Below are positions 36,509-46,900 of a stretch of 64,000 nt of DNA, one piece after another. Source of the stretch: a bacterium (GTDB lineage: Bacteria > Armatimonadota > Zipacnadia > Zipacnadales > Zipacnadaceae); the NCBI GenBank assembly GCA_030602615.1, contig JAUVZM010000005.1, forward strand, positions 5,094 to 69,093, given 5' to 3'. Under the pieces are notes generated by a model that saw nothing but the letters and a program-made list of their open reading frames with translations, was not told the DNA's origin and did not search any database. Positions within the stretch are counted from its first letter, which is position 1. Every line of letters begins with the position of its first letter. Made by a program: the position numbers and the translations under genes.

Positions 36509-37558
36509 CTAGACTTCCACCTCTTCACCGGCCTGGCCGGAGGCGTAGATGCCGTCCAGGATGCGCTGGGTAATCAGGGCCTGCTCGCCGGGTACTGGTG
36601 AAGGCTTGCCTTTGAGGATTGCCTCCACGAAAGCAGCTATCTCCCCAACGAAAATATCCCCGGGTACGTCAACCGGCACCTGAGGGGTAGCGTTTACCAG
36701 CATGCCATTCTCTTCGCGAATCAGAGTCAGGGGGGAGTATTGCAGGCCGGCCTTGTCTCCACATAGAATCACGTTATGGCCAACGGCGGCCTCAGTCACA
36801 TTCAGTGCCCAACTGGTCTGCACGGAAAGCGTTGCCCCATTCGCGAAGCGGATAAAGCCGGCCGCCATATCTTCGGGTACCGTGTACTTGGCGGGGTCGT
36901 GCTTCATTAGCGAGGGCTTGTCAGCCAGTTCCAGGTAAGTAGCCCCGCTAACACTGACTGGCTCGGGGAAATCCATAAGATGCAGAGCCAGATCCAGGAC
37001 ATGCACGCCCAGGTCATAGCAGGGACCACCGCCCGAGGCTTCCGCATCTATGAACTCCCCCCATGAAGGGACGCCCCGAGCTCGCAGGCAACTGCACTGG
37101 CCCCAGTAGATGTCCCCGACCAGCCCGGCATCCACCCACGCCCGCAGCGTCTGGCCTTCGACGCCGAAGCGCAGCACCTGGGCGACCATCAGTAGCCTGT
37201 CGGCCTCTTTGCCCGCCTTGATCATCGCCCGGCACTCGTCAGCCGATATTGCCACCGGCTTTTCCACCAGCACGTGACAGCCGGCCTCGAAGGCAGCGAT
37301 AGCCAGGAGCTTGTGACAGGCATTGGGTGTGCAGATGTCTACAACATCCAATTCCACCTTCTCCAGCATCTTCTCGTGACCATCAAATAGCGCATCTTTC
37401 GCCACGCCCCAGCGCTCGACGGTATCTTCGCGGGCTTTGCGCTTGATATCACATATTGCCACCATCTCAGCATCCTGGTTTTCCTCCCACCCTGCCATAT
37501 GGTGCTGGGCGATACCTCCGGCACCAATAAGTCCGACACGCAGTTTCTCAGTCATCAA
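36509..37558 (-). CDS. Gfo/Idh/MocA family oxidoreductase
   Basis: An N-terminal Rossmann fold (VGLIGAGGIAQ) and the EKP motif (VLVEKPV) are present. Confidence 0.8.
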   Translation of the reverse strand: MMTEKLRVGLIGAGGIAQHHMAGWEENQDAEMVAICDIKRKAREDTVERWGVAKDALFDGHEKMLEKVELDVVDICTPNACHKLLAIAAFEAGCHVLVEKPVAISADECRAMIKAGKEADRLLMVAQVLRFGVEGQTLRAWVDAGLVGDIYWGQCSCLRARGVPSWGEFIDAEASGGGPCYDLGVHVLDLALHLMDFPEPVSVSGATYLELADKPSLMKHDPAKYTVPEDMAAGFIRFANGATLSVQTSWALNVTEAAVGHNVILCGDKAGLQYSPLTLIREENGMLVNATPQVPVDVPGDIFVGEIAAFVEAILKGKPSPVPGEQALITQRILDGIYASGQAGEEVEV

Positions 37559-37927
37559 CTACTACCTCCTCTTGGCGCCGCCATTCAGGCGGCACAGTTA
37601 ACAGCCAGCGTCAATTCTCTGTCCCTCGCCTGTTACCAGAACCAGTACTTGGCCAGCATAAGCTTGAGATAGGCTAAGTCTTCGCGAGTCTGCTCGACGA
37701 CCTCGTCGGCATCCATATCCCGGAAGCTATGCCCGCTGATATACTCGCTGTGAATGGTACTCAAGCTGGCGGTGGCCATCCATTCCCTGTGCTATTCGTC
37801 GTTGGCTGACCCAGTCCTCCCTCTACGCCAAGGCATTTCTCATTACTACTAGATGTCGCAGAAGGACTATCTGTCCGTGAGGCGAACCGTAGGACATAAC
37901 AGATCAGTGAGCGAGGAGGCGATCACC

Positions 37928-38881
37928 TTGTCACGACACGTAACCGTCGCCAGTGTCTCAACCAAGCCCAGCCACTCCGCCGATAAGGAAATGGACAAAC
38001 TGTTGGACGAGGCCGCCCACTACGCCTGGCGGGCCCGGCAGATGGGCGCTGATATCCTGGCATTTCCAGAGATATATCCCCACATAAACTCCGCAAAGAA
38101 AAGCGCGGAGGCCGCTGAGGAATTGCCCACATCCACCACTGAGCGAATGATGACAGAGGCCAGCAAGCTGGGTATGTACATCATCTGGCCGCAGTACACT
38201 CGCGAAGGCGACCAAGCCCACAACTCGGCGGTGCTTATCAATCGAGACGGCGAGATCAACGGCGTTTACCACAAGATGCACCCGACGATAGGCGAAATCG
38301 AGGATGGAATAATGCCGGGCACCCGGATGCCTACCTTCGAGACCGACTTCGGCACTATTGGTATGACCATCTGCTTCGACCTGAACTTCCGCGACATTAT
38401 GACCGGACTGAAGAAGAATGGAGCCGAGATTGTTTTTTTCTGCTCGGCTTACCGTGGGGGGCTGCAGGTGCGGGCCTGGGCCTTTGAGTTGGGCTGTTAT
38501 GTTGTCACAGCAATAATGAGCGATCTGGGCCAGATAGTTGATCTGACCGGCAGGCAACTGGTGGAGTCGTATTTCCATAACCCGGTGATTGTCCGCGATA
38601 TCAACCTCAATCGCCGGCTACTGCACATGGACTACAACTGGGAGAAGATGGACGAGATGCTGGAGAAATACGGCTCCGAGTTGACTTTTGACTATGTCAG
38701 CCCGGAGGCCTGCTACGCAATTGGCTGCGAGCGAGCAGGCTTGGATATCGAGCAGGTTATTGACGAGTTCGGTTTAGAGCGACGGGACGACTACTTCCAG
38801 CGGGCCGACGCCGTGCGCGCTGCTGCTGTGGCAGAGGAAACTACGCTACCCAGTTCTCACCCAGCCCAGAGCGATGGTTGA
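37928..38881 (+). CDS. carbon-nitrogen hydrolase family protein (nitrilase/amidase superfamily)
   Basis: The Glu (LAFPE), Lys (HKMHP) and Cys (ICFD) triad is present. A TTG start at 37928 is preceded by GAGGAGG at 8-nt spacing. Confidence 0.75.
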   Translation: MSRHVTVASVSTKPSHSADKEMDKLLDEAAHYAWRARQMGADILAFPEIYPHINSAKKSAEAAEELPTSTTERMMTEASKLGMYIIWPQYTREGDQAHNSAVLINRDGEINGVYHKMHPTIGEIEDGIMPGTRMPTFETDFGTIGMTICFDLNFRDIMTGLKKNGAEIVFFCSAYRGGLQVRAWAFELGCYVVTAIMSDLGQIVDLTGRQLVESYFHNPVIVRDINLNRRLLHMDYNWEKMDEMLEKYGSELTFDYVSPEACYAIGCERAGLDIEQVIDEFGLERRDDYFQRADAVRAAAVAEETTLPSSHPAQSDG

Positions 38882-38956
38882 CAAAAGAGCTCATTTCTAA
38901 TAAAGTTGAGTCGTTAGTGTACCGATCAACAACTTGGGGAGGAAACTGCCTTGCGT

Positions 38957-39220
38957 ATGCAAGGGAGAGTTAAGTGGTTCGATCCGCGCAAGGGCTACGG
39001 CTTCATCGAGCGGGACGACGGGGAAGATGTATTCGTCCACTACTCCGAGGTCAATATGAAGGGCTTCAAGACCCTCGAAGACGGTGAGCTCGTGGAGTTC
39101 GAGATCGCCCAGACGGATCGCGGCCCCCAGGCCGAAAATGTAACACGGCTGGAGATGGGCGCTGAGCAACCCGAACCAGGTCCGGAAACTGAAGATGAAG
39201 AGGAGCTCGACCTCACCTAG
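38957..39220 (+). CDS. cspA: cold-shock protein (CspA family) with an acidic C-terminal tail
   Basis: [15 protein letters not shown]...VFVHYS are the RNP1 and RNP2 motifs. A possible promoter TTGACA-17-TAAAGT lies at 38878-38906. Confidence 0.85.
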   Translation: MQGRVKWFDPRKGYGFIERDDGEDVFVHYSEVNMKGFKTLEDGELVEFEIAQTDRGPQAENVTRLEMGAEQPEPGPETEDEEELDLT

Positions 39221-39305
39221 TAGCACAGTAGTGAGGCTGTCAGCCACGGGCCGGCCCCATACCATTCTCATACTTGGAAGTGCCAACAGGAGATTGCCTA
39301 CATAG

Positions 39306-39869
39306 ATGCGAATTGACTATCAAGGGCGGAATACCTCTATTACCAAGACATTCCGCCTGCATGCCGAGCCCCGCATACAGGGATTGAGCCAGTACTTCGA
39401 CCGGATAACCGATGTCAAAGTAGTTGTCTCGCAACAGCGCCATCTATTCACCGTCGAGATCACGGTCAACGCCGACGGAACGCTAATCCGCGGTGAGGAT
39501 CGCTCGCCGCAAGTCCTCGCCACCTTTGACAGAGCTCTGGACCGGGTGGAAAGGCAGTTGCGTCGGAACAAAGACAGGCTAGTCGAGCGGGGTCGCCGCA
39601 ATCGAGCAGAGGACGTCGGGGCAACCGCAGGCGAGCCGGTGACTGCTCAACAAGACGAGCCCGACCTTACCGCTGATCAAGAAGATATAAACATAGTGCG
39701 GACAAAGAGCCACGTGCTCAAGCCGATGACGCCCGAAGAAGCTGTCCTGCAGATGGATATGTTGGACCATGACTTTTTCGTGTTCTTCAACGGCCAGACC
39801 GAGCGCGTTGGTGTCGTCTATAAACGCCGCAATGGCGACTACGGGCTGATTGAACCGGACATCGGCTGA
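39306..39869 (+). CDS. hpf: ribosome hibernation-promoting factor (long HPF)
   Basis: An N-terminal RaiA/HPF fold is joined to the C-terminal dimerisation domain of long HPF (VRTKSHVLKPMTPEEAVLQMDMLDHDFFVFFN). Confidence 0.85.
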   Translation: MRIDYQGRNTSITKTFRLHAEPRIQGLSQYFDRITDVKVVVSQQRHLFTVEITVNADGTLIRGEDRSPQVLATFDRALDRVERQLRRNKDRLVERGRRNRAEDVGATAGEPVTAQQDEPDLTADQEDINIVRTKSHVLKPMTPEEAVLQMDMLDHDFFVFFNGQTERVGVVYKRRNGDYGLIEPDIG

Positions 39870-40049
39870 TGCCGGCCGTACCGAGCACCCAGATTCAAAT
39901 ATAAAGTCCCTTCCGACAATATCAGGCACTCTCCGGGGAGAGTACCTTGGATCCAGCGGCAACCTCCACGGTATACGCTGGCTCTTTTGTGTGACACCTG
40001 GTGCTAATACCGGCTCAGTTGGGCCGTTGCTGGCGGCCAGCAGATTACA

Positions 40050-41867
40050 ATGGAGAGTAGCGAAGAAGCAGATTCCAAGTTCACGCCGGACAGTCCGGCC
40101 CGACGGCTGATTGTGGGCCTGGAGCAGCGGTTCTTCAGTTCCCGCATGTCGCAATCGTCAACGGTGCTGCTGCTGGGGGTTCTCGTCGGGGTGGCGGGTG
40201 GCTTGGGTGCGGTAGCCTTCCGCTGGATGATCGGGCAGACGACCGGGCTCTTCTTTGACTACGGTGCCAGCCTTTTCCACGGGCTGGGTGGTTATTACAC
40301 TGTATTGTTGCCGGCCATCGGCGGCGCCATTGTCGGACCCTTCATCTACCTGGTAGGACCCGAGGCGCGCGGCAGCGGAGTACCGAAGGCTATGGATGCA
40401 GTGTTTCGGCTTGGCGGGCGCATGCGCGCCCGCGTCGGCCCGGCCCGAGCACTGGCCAGCGCCGTTTGTATCGGCTCGGGAGGCTCAGTGGGCCGGGAAG
40501 GGCCAATTGCCCATATCGGAGCGGCCCTGGGTTCACTGGCCGGGCAACTGCTGAGGCTCTCGCAGACCCGTACTCGGACGCTGGTCGCCTGCGGAGCAGC
40601 CGCCGGTGTTGCAGCTACCTTCAATGCTCCCATTGCCGGCGCCTTCTTCGCGCTGGAGGTCATCGTTGCCGAGTGGACGGCCGAGGCATTCGCTCCGGTA
40701 GTGGTCTCAGCGGTGGTTGGCAGCGTCATCGGTCGGACTTTTTTCGGCGATGTGCCCTCCTTTGCTGTCCCCGAATACGGAATCACCACTTTCAGCGAGC
40801 TGCCGCTATTCGCTCTACTAGGTATTGCCGCCGCGGTGGTGGGCATCGCGCTGATTGTAGTGCTATTCCGCGCCGAAGACCTGTTTTCGGCTTTACCTAT
40901 CCCCATCTATCTGCTACCCGTAATCGGAGGACTGGTAGTCGGCTTCATCGGCTTGTATCATAGCCAGTTGTACCGCGTCGGCTACGGCATGATCGAGCAG
41001 ATTCTGCTGGGTCATCAAACCGACTTAGCTTTCCTGGTGGGATTGCTGGGACTTAAGGTGGTAGCTACTTCTGCGACGCTGGGTTCGGGCGGTTCGGGGG
41101 GAGTATTCTCGCCCAGCCTCTTTCTGGGTGCAGTGCTGGGGGGCATACTGGGGACGGTGTTCGGCGACCTATTTCCCAATCTGGCCAGCACCCCAGGTGC
41201 CTACGCCATAGCCGGAATGGGAGCGGTGTTTGCGGCAACCAGCCATGCCCCAATCTGTGCGATAATGTTCGGATTCGAGCTGACCCGCGACTATCGGCTC
41301 ATTCTACCTTTGATGCTGGCCTGCGGAGTTTCGGTCGTCATCGCCAAGGCCCTCTACCGTTTCTCGATATACAACCTGGCGCTGTTCCGGCGGGGGATAC
41401 ATATCGAACTGGGCCGCGACGCACAGTTGCTGAACCAAATTACTATTGGCGAGGCAATGACCACAGACGTTATCACCGTCACGCCACAGACCCCGGTGCG
41501 CGACATTGCCCATATGTTCGACGAAACCAAACACCACGGCTTTCCCGTCGTCGACGAACAGGGTAAGCTGCACGGCTGTGTAACCCTCGAGGACGTCCAC
41601 CGGGCCGGCCCGGACGGCCTGGGCAAGCCAGTTGATGAGATTGCCACCCACGACCTGGTTGTTGCCTTCCCGGATGAGAGTATCAACGACGGTCTGCGCA
41701 AGCTGGGCCTGCGCGATGTCGGACGAATTCCCGTGGTCTCCCGCGAAGACCACACCCGCCTGCTCGGCCTGCTCACGCGCAAGAACATCATATCTGCCTA
41801 CAATCAGGCGCTGATGCGTCACCACACCCGCCTGGAAGAGACCGAAACCGCAGAGCATTTTGACTAA
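40050..41867 (+). CDS. ClC-family voltage-gated chloride channel / H+-Cl- antiporter with tandem CBS domains
   Basis: The selectivity motifs GSGVP and GREGP are present, with a C-terminal CBS pair. Confidence 0.85.
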   Translation: MESSEEADSKFTPDSPARRLIVGLEQRFFSSRMSQSSTVLLLGVLVGVAGGLGAVAFRWMIGQTTGLFFDYGASLFHGLGGYYTVLLPAIGGAIVGPFIYLVGPEARGSGVPKAMDAVFRLGGRMRARVGPARALASAVCIGSGGSVGREGPIAHIGAALGSLAGQLLRLSQTRTRTLVACGAAAGVAATFNAPIAGAFFALEVIVAEWTAEAFAPVVVSAVVGSVIGRTFFGDVPSFAVPEYGITTFSELPLFALLGIAAAVVGIALIVVLFRAEDLFSALPIPIYLLPVIGGLVVGFIGLYHSQLYRVGYGMIEQILLGHQTDLAFLVGLLGLKVVATSATLGSGGSGGVFSPSLFLGAVLGGILGTVFGDLFPNLASTPGAYAIAGMGAVFAATSHAPICAIMFGFELTRDYRLILPLMLACGVSVVIAKALYRFSIYNLALFRRGIHIELGRDAQLLNQITIGEAMTTDVITVTPQTPVRDIAHMFDETKHHGFPVVDEQGKLHGCVTLEDVHRAGPDGLGKPVDEIATHDLVVAFPDESINDGLRKLGLRDVGRIPVVSREDHTRLLGLLTRKNIISAYNQALMRHHTRLEETETAEHFD

Positions 41868-41930
41868 TAGCCAGATTCATAGTATGCTAACGGATGTCAC
41901 CGCTAATACTCAGACAGGAGGCACAGACCA

Positions 41931-42734
41931 ATGAAATTTGGGGTAATCCACTACAACGCACCGGGCGAGACACTTGCTGAGTTCTTGGACTGGGCAGCAG
42001 CCACAGGTTTCCAGTATGTTGAGCTTACTAAGGATGATCTGTGGCCGGAAGGATCGGAAAACCCCCACGCCGAGGCCGAGAAGGTCCGCGATATGCTGGA
42101 GCAGCGCGGCCTGAAGGCTTCCGCAGTGGCGGCCCACAACGACTTCGTGGTGCTGGAGGCTGACGAAGTCGCCCAGCAGATGGAGCGACTGGAGGTCATC
42201 TGCGAACTGGCCCAGATCGCGGGCACCGATGTCCTGCGCACCGAAGGCGGGGCGCCCAAGGAGGAAGTCCCCGAGGAGAGGTGGGCCGAGGCCATCACCA
42301 ACTGCTGTCGGCAGGCGCTTCAGTTCATCGAGCCGATGGAGATGAGGCTAGCCATAGACAATCATGGAGTGGTGAGCAACGATATTCCGCTGCTGCTGGA
42401 AGTCATCGAGTCGGTCAACTCGCCGCTGGTCGGCAGTAATCTGGATACTATGAACGTGCGCTGGTACGGCTGGAGCGTGGCAGAATGCGACGAGTTCTAC
42501 CAGCAGTTGGCTCCCCACGTCTTCCACATCCACATGAAAGACGGCACCGGCAGCCGTGAAAACTACCAGGGGGCAGCCCTCGGCGACGGAGAAATCCATG
42601 TGGACTATGTCGTTGAGCTGCTCCAAGAGGCGGGCTATGACGGGGTGTGGTGCGCTGAGTATGAGGGTCCGGAGGTTGCCGAGGGCGTCGGCTATCGCAA
42701 GTGCCTGGAGTGGATGCAGCAGCATATAGGCTGA
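41931..42734 (+). CDS. sugar phosphate isomerase/epimerase (xylose isomerase-like TIM barrel)
   Basis: AP-endonuclease 2 / TIM-barrel family conservation is present, with E/H/D metal ligands. Confidence 0.7.
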   Translation: MKFGVIHYNAPGETLAEFLDWAAATGFQYVELTKDDLWPEGSENPHAEAEKVRDMLEQRGLKASAVAAHNDFVVLEADEVAQQMERLEVICELAQIAGTDVLRTEGGAPKEEVPEERWAEAITNCCRQALQFIEPMEMRLAIDNHGVVSNDIPLLLEVIESVNSPLVGSNLDTMNVRWYGWSVAECDEFYQQLAPHVFHIHMKDGTGSRENYQGAALGDGEIHVDYVVELLQEAGYDGVWCAEYEGPEVAEGVGYRKCLEWMQQHIG

Positions 42735-42847
42735 TGAAAGCTGGACGCCAGCCACACTGGCTCTGTTGCCGAATTCCAGAAAATGTCGTATATTGAGGCT
42801 TGGCCTGATAGAGTATTGTACTTTGCAGAGGGGCAACAGACCGCGCC

Positions 42848-43804
42848 ATGAATGTACGGCTCACGGTTCTGGGCAACATAAACATTGACTTTGTCGTGCA
42901 GACAGATCGGCTACCCAAGCCCGGCGAGACGCTACGCTCGCGGGGTGATTTCACTATGGTGCCCGGGGGCAAAGCTGCCAATCAGGCAGTGGCTGCGGCC
43001 CGGCTTGGTGCCCAGGTGACGCTCATCGGCCGGGTGGGCAACGACGCCTTCGGACCGGCGCTGGTGGAGAACCTGCGCCGCGAGAATGTCAATACCGATT
43101 TCATCGTCCAGGACGAAGAGGCCAATACGGGCGCTGCCTTCATAACAGTGATTCCCAGCGGTGAGAATTCCATCGTCTCCGCGCTGGGTGCCAACAATCG
43201 CTGTAGCATCGAGCAGGTGGAGGCCGCCGCCCCCGAGATCGAGCGCAGCGATCTGCTATTGGTACAACTAGGTGTGCCCGCCGAGGTGGTGGATCGGGCT
43301 ATCCAGATTGCTGTCGACCGCGATGTGCTCGTCCAGCTCGATCCCAGCCCCCTGGGCGAGCCCCTGCCCGACCTATGGCGACGGGCCTACGCCCTGATAC
43401 CCAACCAGACCGAAGCCAGCGAGATTTCAGGGATTGAGATTGCCGACATAATGTCCGCTGTTGAAGCAGCACAGGCTATCCGCCGGGAGGGCATCACGGT
43501 GGTGGTAATCACCCTGGGACCATCCGGTTGCCTGGTGGCCAGCGAGCAGGGAATCTACCGGGTGGACGGCTTTCCGGTCGAGCCGGTAGATACGACTGCT
43601 GCCGGTGACAGCTTTGCCGGGGCGTTGGCCACGGCGCTGGGTGAGGGCATACCAGTGACCGAAGCAGCGATCTTTGCCAACGCCGCCGGAGCCCTGGCTA
43701 CTACAATTGCTGGCGCCCAGCCCAGCCTGCCGCCACGCGAGGCGGTAGATGACTTTCTCACGCAGCGTGGGGAGATGGGCGAAGTGACGGTCGAGGAATT
43801 GTAG
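42848..43804 (+). CDS. rbsK: ribokinase (PfkB family)
   Basis: The N-terminus GNINIDF, the di-Gly motif PGGKAANQA, and the C-terminal anion hole DTTAAGDSFAGAL are present. Confidence 0.8.
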   Translation: MNVRLTVLGNINIDFVVQTDRLPKPGETLRSRGDFTMVPGGKAANQAVAAARLGAQVTLIGRVGNDAFGPALVENLRRENVNTDFIVQDEEANTGAAFITVIPSGENSIVSALGANNRCSIEQVEAAAPEIERSDLLLVQLGVPAEVVDRAIQIAVDRDVLVQLDPSPLGEPLPDLWRRAYALIPNQTEASEISGIEIADIMSAVEAAQAIRREGITVVVITLGPSGCLVASEQGIYRVDGFPVEPVDTTAAGDSFAGALATALGEGIPVTEAAIFANAAGALATTIAGAQPSLPPREAVDDFLTQRGEMGEVTVEEL

Positions 43805-43948
43805 CCAAGTCCGTTGACAGCCTCCTGGTAGTCTGTTAGCATATTAGGAGTCTCTCTCAGGGTAGGATAAGCTGGCAGATGGCTGGGAGCAATCCGCTTC
43901 CACTCTTCTCCGAAACACCTTTGATCTCTACGCAGAGGCCGACTATCC

Positions 43949-46900
43949 GTGGCTGATGATACCATCCGCATTCGGGGCGCCGCCCAACACAATTTGCGTA
44001 AGGTTGACCTCGATCTGCCGAAGAACCGCCTTATTGTTTTCACTGGCATCAGCGGCTCGGGCAAGTCATCCCTGGCCTTTGATACCTTGTTTGCCGAGGG
44101 GCAACGGCTGTATGTGGAGTCGCTTTCCACCTATGCCCGGCAGTTTCTCCAGGAGATGCCCCGCCCGCAGGTGGATAGCATCGAGGGGCTGGCCCCGGCT
44201 GTAGCCATTGACCAGGCCAAACGCAGCCATAATCCTCGCTCGACAGTAGCCACTATCACCGAGATATACGATCACCTGCGGGTGCTGTTCGCCGCCATCG
44301 GCACGCTGCATTGCCCTAAGTGTGGGCGCGAAGTAGGCGCCCAAACTCGGGAAAGTGTGATACAGCGTATCGTCGGCCTGGCCAGCGAGAGCACCATGCA
44401 GATTCTGGCACCGCTGGAGCGTGGGCGCAAGGGCCAGTTCAAGGAACTCTTCGCCGACCTGCGGCAAGCAGGCTACGCTCATGCCCGCGTGGATGGCCGG
44501 TTCATCCACCTTACTGAACCCCCGGAACTGGACCGCTACCGCCGTCATGACGTTGAGGTGGTGGTTGACCGGCTGGCGGCTGGTGCACACTCCCCCAGCC
44601 GCATAGGCGAGGCCATCGACATTGCCTTTGATCTGGGTGAGGGTAATCTCATCGCAGTGCCCGAAGACGGTGAGGATATCCTGTTTAGCCGCAATTTCGC
44701 CTGCCCCGACTGTCAGATCAGCATCCCCGAGCCTACCCACACCTCGTTTTCGTTCAACAGCCCCCGCGGTATGTGCCCGACCTGCGAGGGCCTCGGTGAG
44801 GCCCGCACCATTGACCCGGAACTGCTGGTCGCTCATCCCGACAGGTCGCTGGCCTCCGGGGCGATACCGCTACTGAGGTCGCTGCGCAGCGCCCGCCGCC
44901 GCCACTGGTATCAGGGCGTCGCCGACCATTACGGATTCACCCTCGACACGCCCTGGAAGGAGCTAACTGAGAAGCAACGCCACGCCTTACTGTATGGTTC
45001 CGGCGAGGAACTGATTGAGTTTTACTATCGCCATGCCCGCCACGGCTGGGAGTGGCGCCACGCTGATGTATGGGAGGGGATAATTCCCGGGCTGACGCAC
45101 CGGTACAAACGGGCTGAGTCCCGCCTGCTGCGCCAGCGTTTCGAGCAGGTCATCCGCCAGCAGCCGTGCCCCGACTGCCACGGTCAGCGGCTGCGCCCCG
45201 AGAGCCTGGCAGTGACCATCGGAGGGAAGTCAATCGCCGCCATTACCGGCCTCACTGTAGATCAGGCCGGCGAGTTCTTTGCCAAGCTAACACTCAACGA
45301 AAACGACGCACTCATAGCCGAAGACGCTCTTAAGGAGATCACGGAGCGGCTGTCGTTTCTGAAAGAGGTGGGTCTGCACTACCTGACGCTGGATCGCACT
45401 GCACCGACCCTATCCAGCGGCGAAGCCCAGCGCATCCGCCTGGCCGGACAGGTGGGCAGCGGCCTGACTGATTGCCTCTATGTCCTGGATGAGCCCAGCA
45501 TCGGCCTGCACTACCGTGACCAGGGGCGCCTGCTGGAGGCACTCAAACGACTACGGGATCTGGATAACACGGTGATCGTCGCTGAGCACGACGAGCAGAC
45601 CATCACCAATGCTGACTATGTTGTGGACTTTGGTCCGGGAGCAGGTGCCCAGGGCGGCCAGATTGTCAGCGTCGGCACTGTAACAGAAATAAAGAACGAT
45701 TTAGACTCGCTGACCGGCGACTATCTGGCCGGACGGCGCAGCATCCCGATTCCCAGTCAGCGTCGTGACGGCAACGGGGCCAGCCTGACACTGTGCGGAG
45801 CCCAGCACAATAACCTGAAGGATATAGATGTGAAATTCCCGCTGGGCCGGTTTGTTTGCATCACCGGCGTGTCAGGCTCAGGCAAGAGTTCGCTGATTGC
45901 CGACACCCTCCATCCGATTCTGGCCGCCGAGCTACACAGCGCCGAGACTGAGCCGGGGGAGTTTGATCATCTCGAAGGTATTGAGAACGTGCGTAAGGTG
46001 GTGATGATTGACCAGTCACCGATCGGCCGCACCCCGCGAAGCTGCCCGGCCACCTACACCAAAGTCTTCGACGATATCCGCCGGCTGTACGCGCAACTGC
46101 CTGCCTCGCGGGAACGCGGCTATACGCCTGGCCGATTCAGCTTCAACGTTAAGGAGGGCCGCTGCCCCCACTGCGACGGCTACGGCGCCGTCAAGCTACA
46201 ATCGGATTTCCTGGCTGACGTGTGGGTGCAATGTGAAGAGTGTCATGGACAGCGGTTCGACCGGGAAACGCTAACCATTCAGTACAAGGGCGCCGGCATC
46301 GCTGAGGTGCTGGATATGGAGGTCAGCCGGGCGCTGGAGCACTTCGCTAATGTTCCCAAAATCAAGCGGGTGCTGCAGGTCCTGGCCGATGTCGGGCTGG
46401 GCTACATCAAGCTGGGACAGTCGGCAACTACCCTCTCCGGCGGCGAGGCCCAGCGAGTCAAGCTGGCCCGCGAGCTGGCCCGTCCCCAGCAGGGCGACTG
46501 CCTGTATCTGCTTGATGAACCTACCACCGGCCTGCACTTTGAGGATGTCCGCCATCTGCTGGCCCTGCTGGGACGGATGGTGGACGGCGGTAATACTGTA
46601 ATCATCATCGAGCACCATCCTGACATCATCAAGACAGCCGATTATGTAATTGATCTGGGGCCGGAGGGTGGCGAGGAAGGCGGCGAGGTGGTCGCGACAG
46701 GTACCCCGGAGCAGGTCGCCAAATGCCGCCGCTCGCACACCGGTCAACTGCTCGACCAGATACTCAACGGTGCCGACGGGAGCCAGCCAATCCCACGAGT
46801 TGGCACTCAGCGGCGCAGTAGCCAGCCCAAATGTGAGGCCATCCAAGTGTGGGGCGCCCGCGAGCATAATCTCAAGAATATCAGCGCCAGGGTCCCCCGC

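Noticed and set aside
37630-37779. 49-aa minus-strand ORF (MATASLSTIHSEYISGHSFRDMDADEVVEQTREDLAYLKLMLAKYWFW) in the gap between the Gfo oxidoreductase and CN-hydrolase genes
   Set aside because: It has high GC3 like real genes, but no convincing SD and no recognisable family. It lies in a divergent promoter region. It was kept as unverified rather than called.
46780-46850. Whether the 2088-aa UvrA is really two adjacent uvrA genes
   Set aside because: The reading frame is continuous through the junction (...NGADGSQPIPRVGTQRRSSQPKCEAIQVWGAREHNL...). There is no stop, RBS or start between the modules. It is treated as a fusion, with a caveat about assembly verification.
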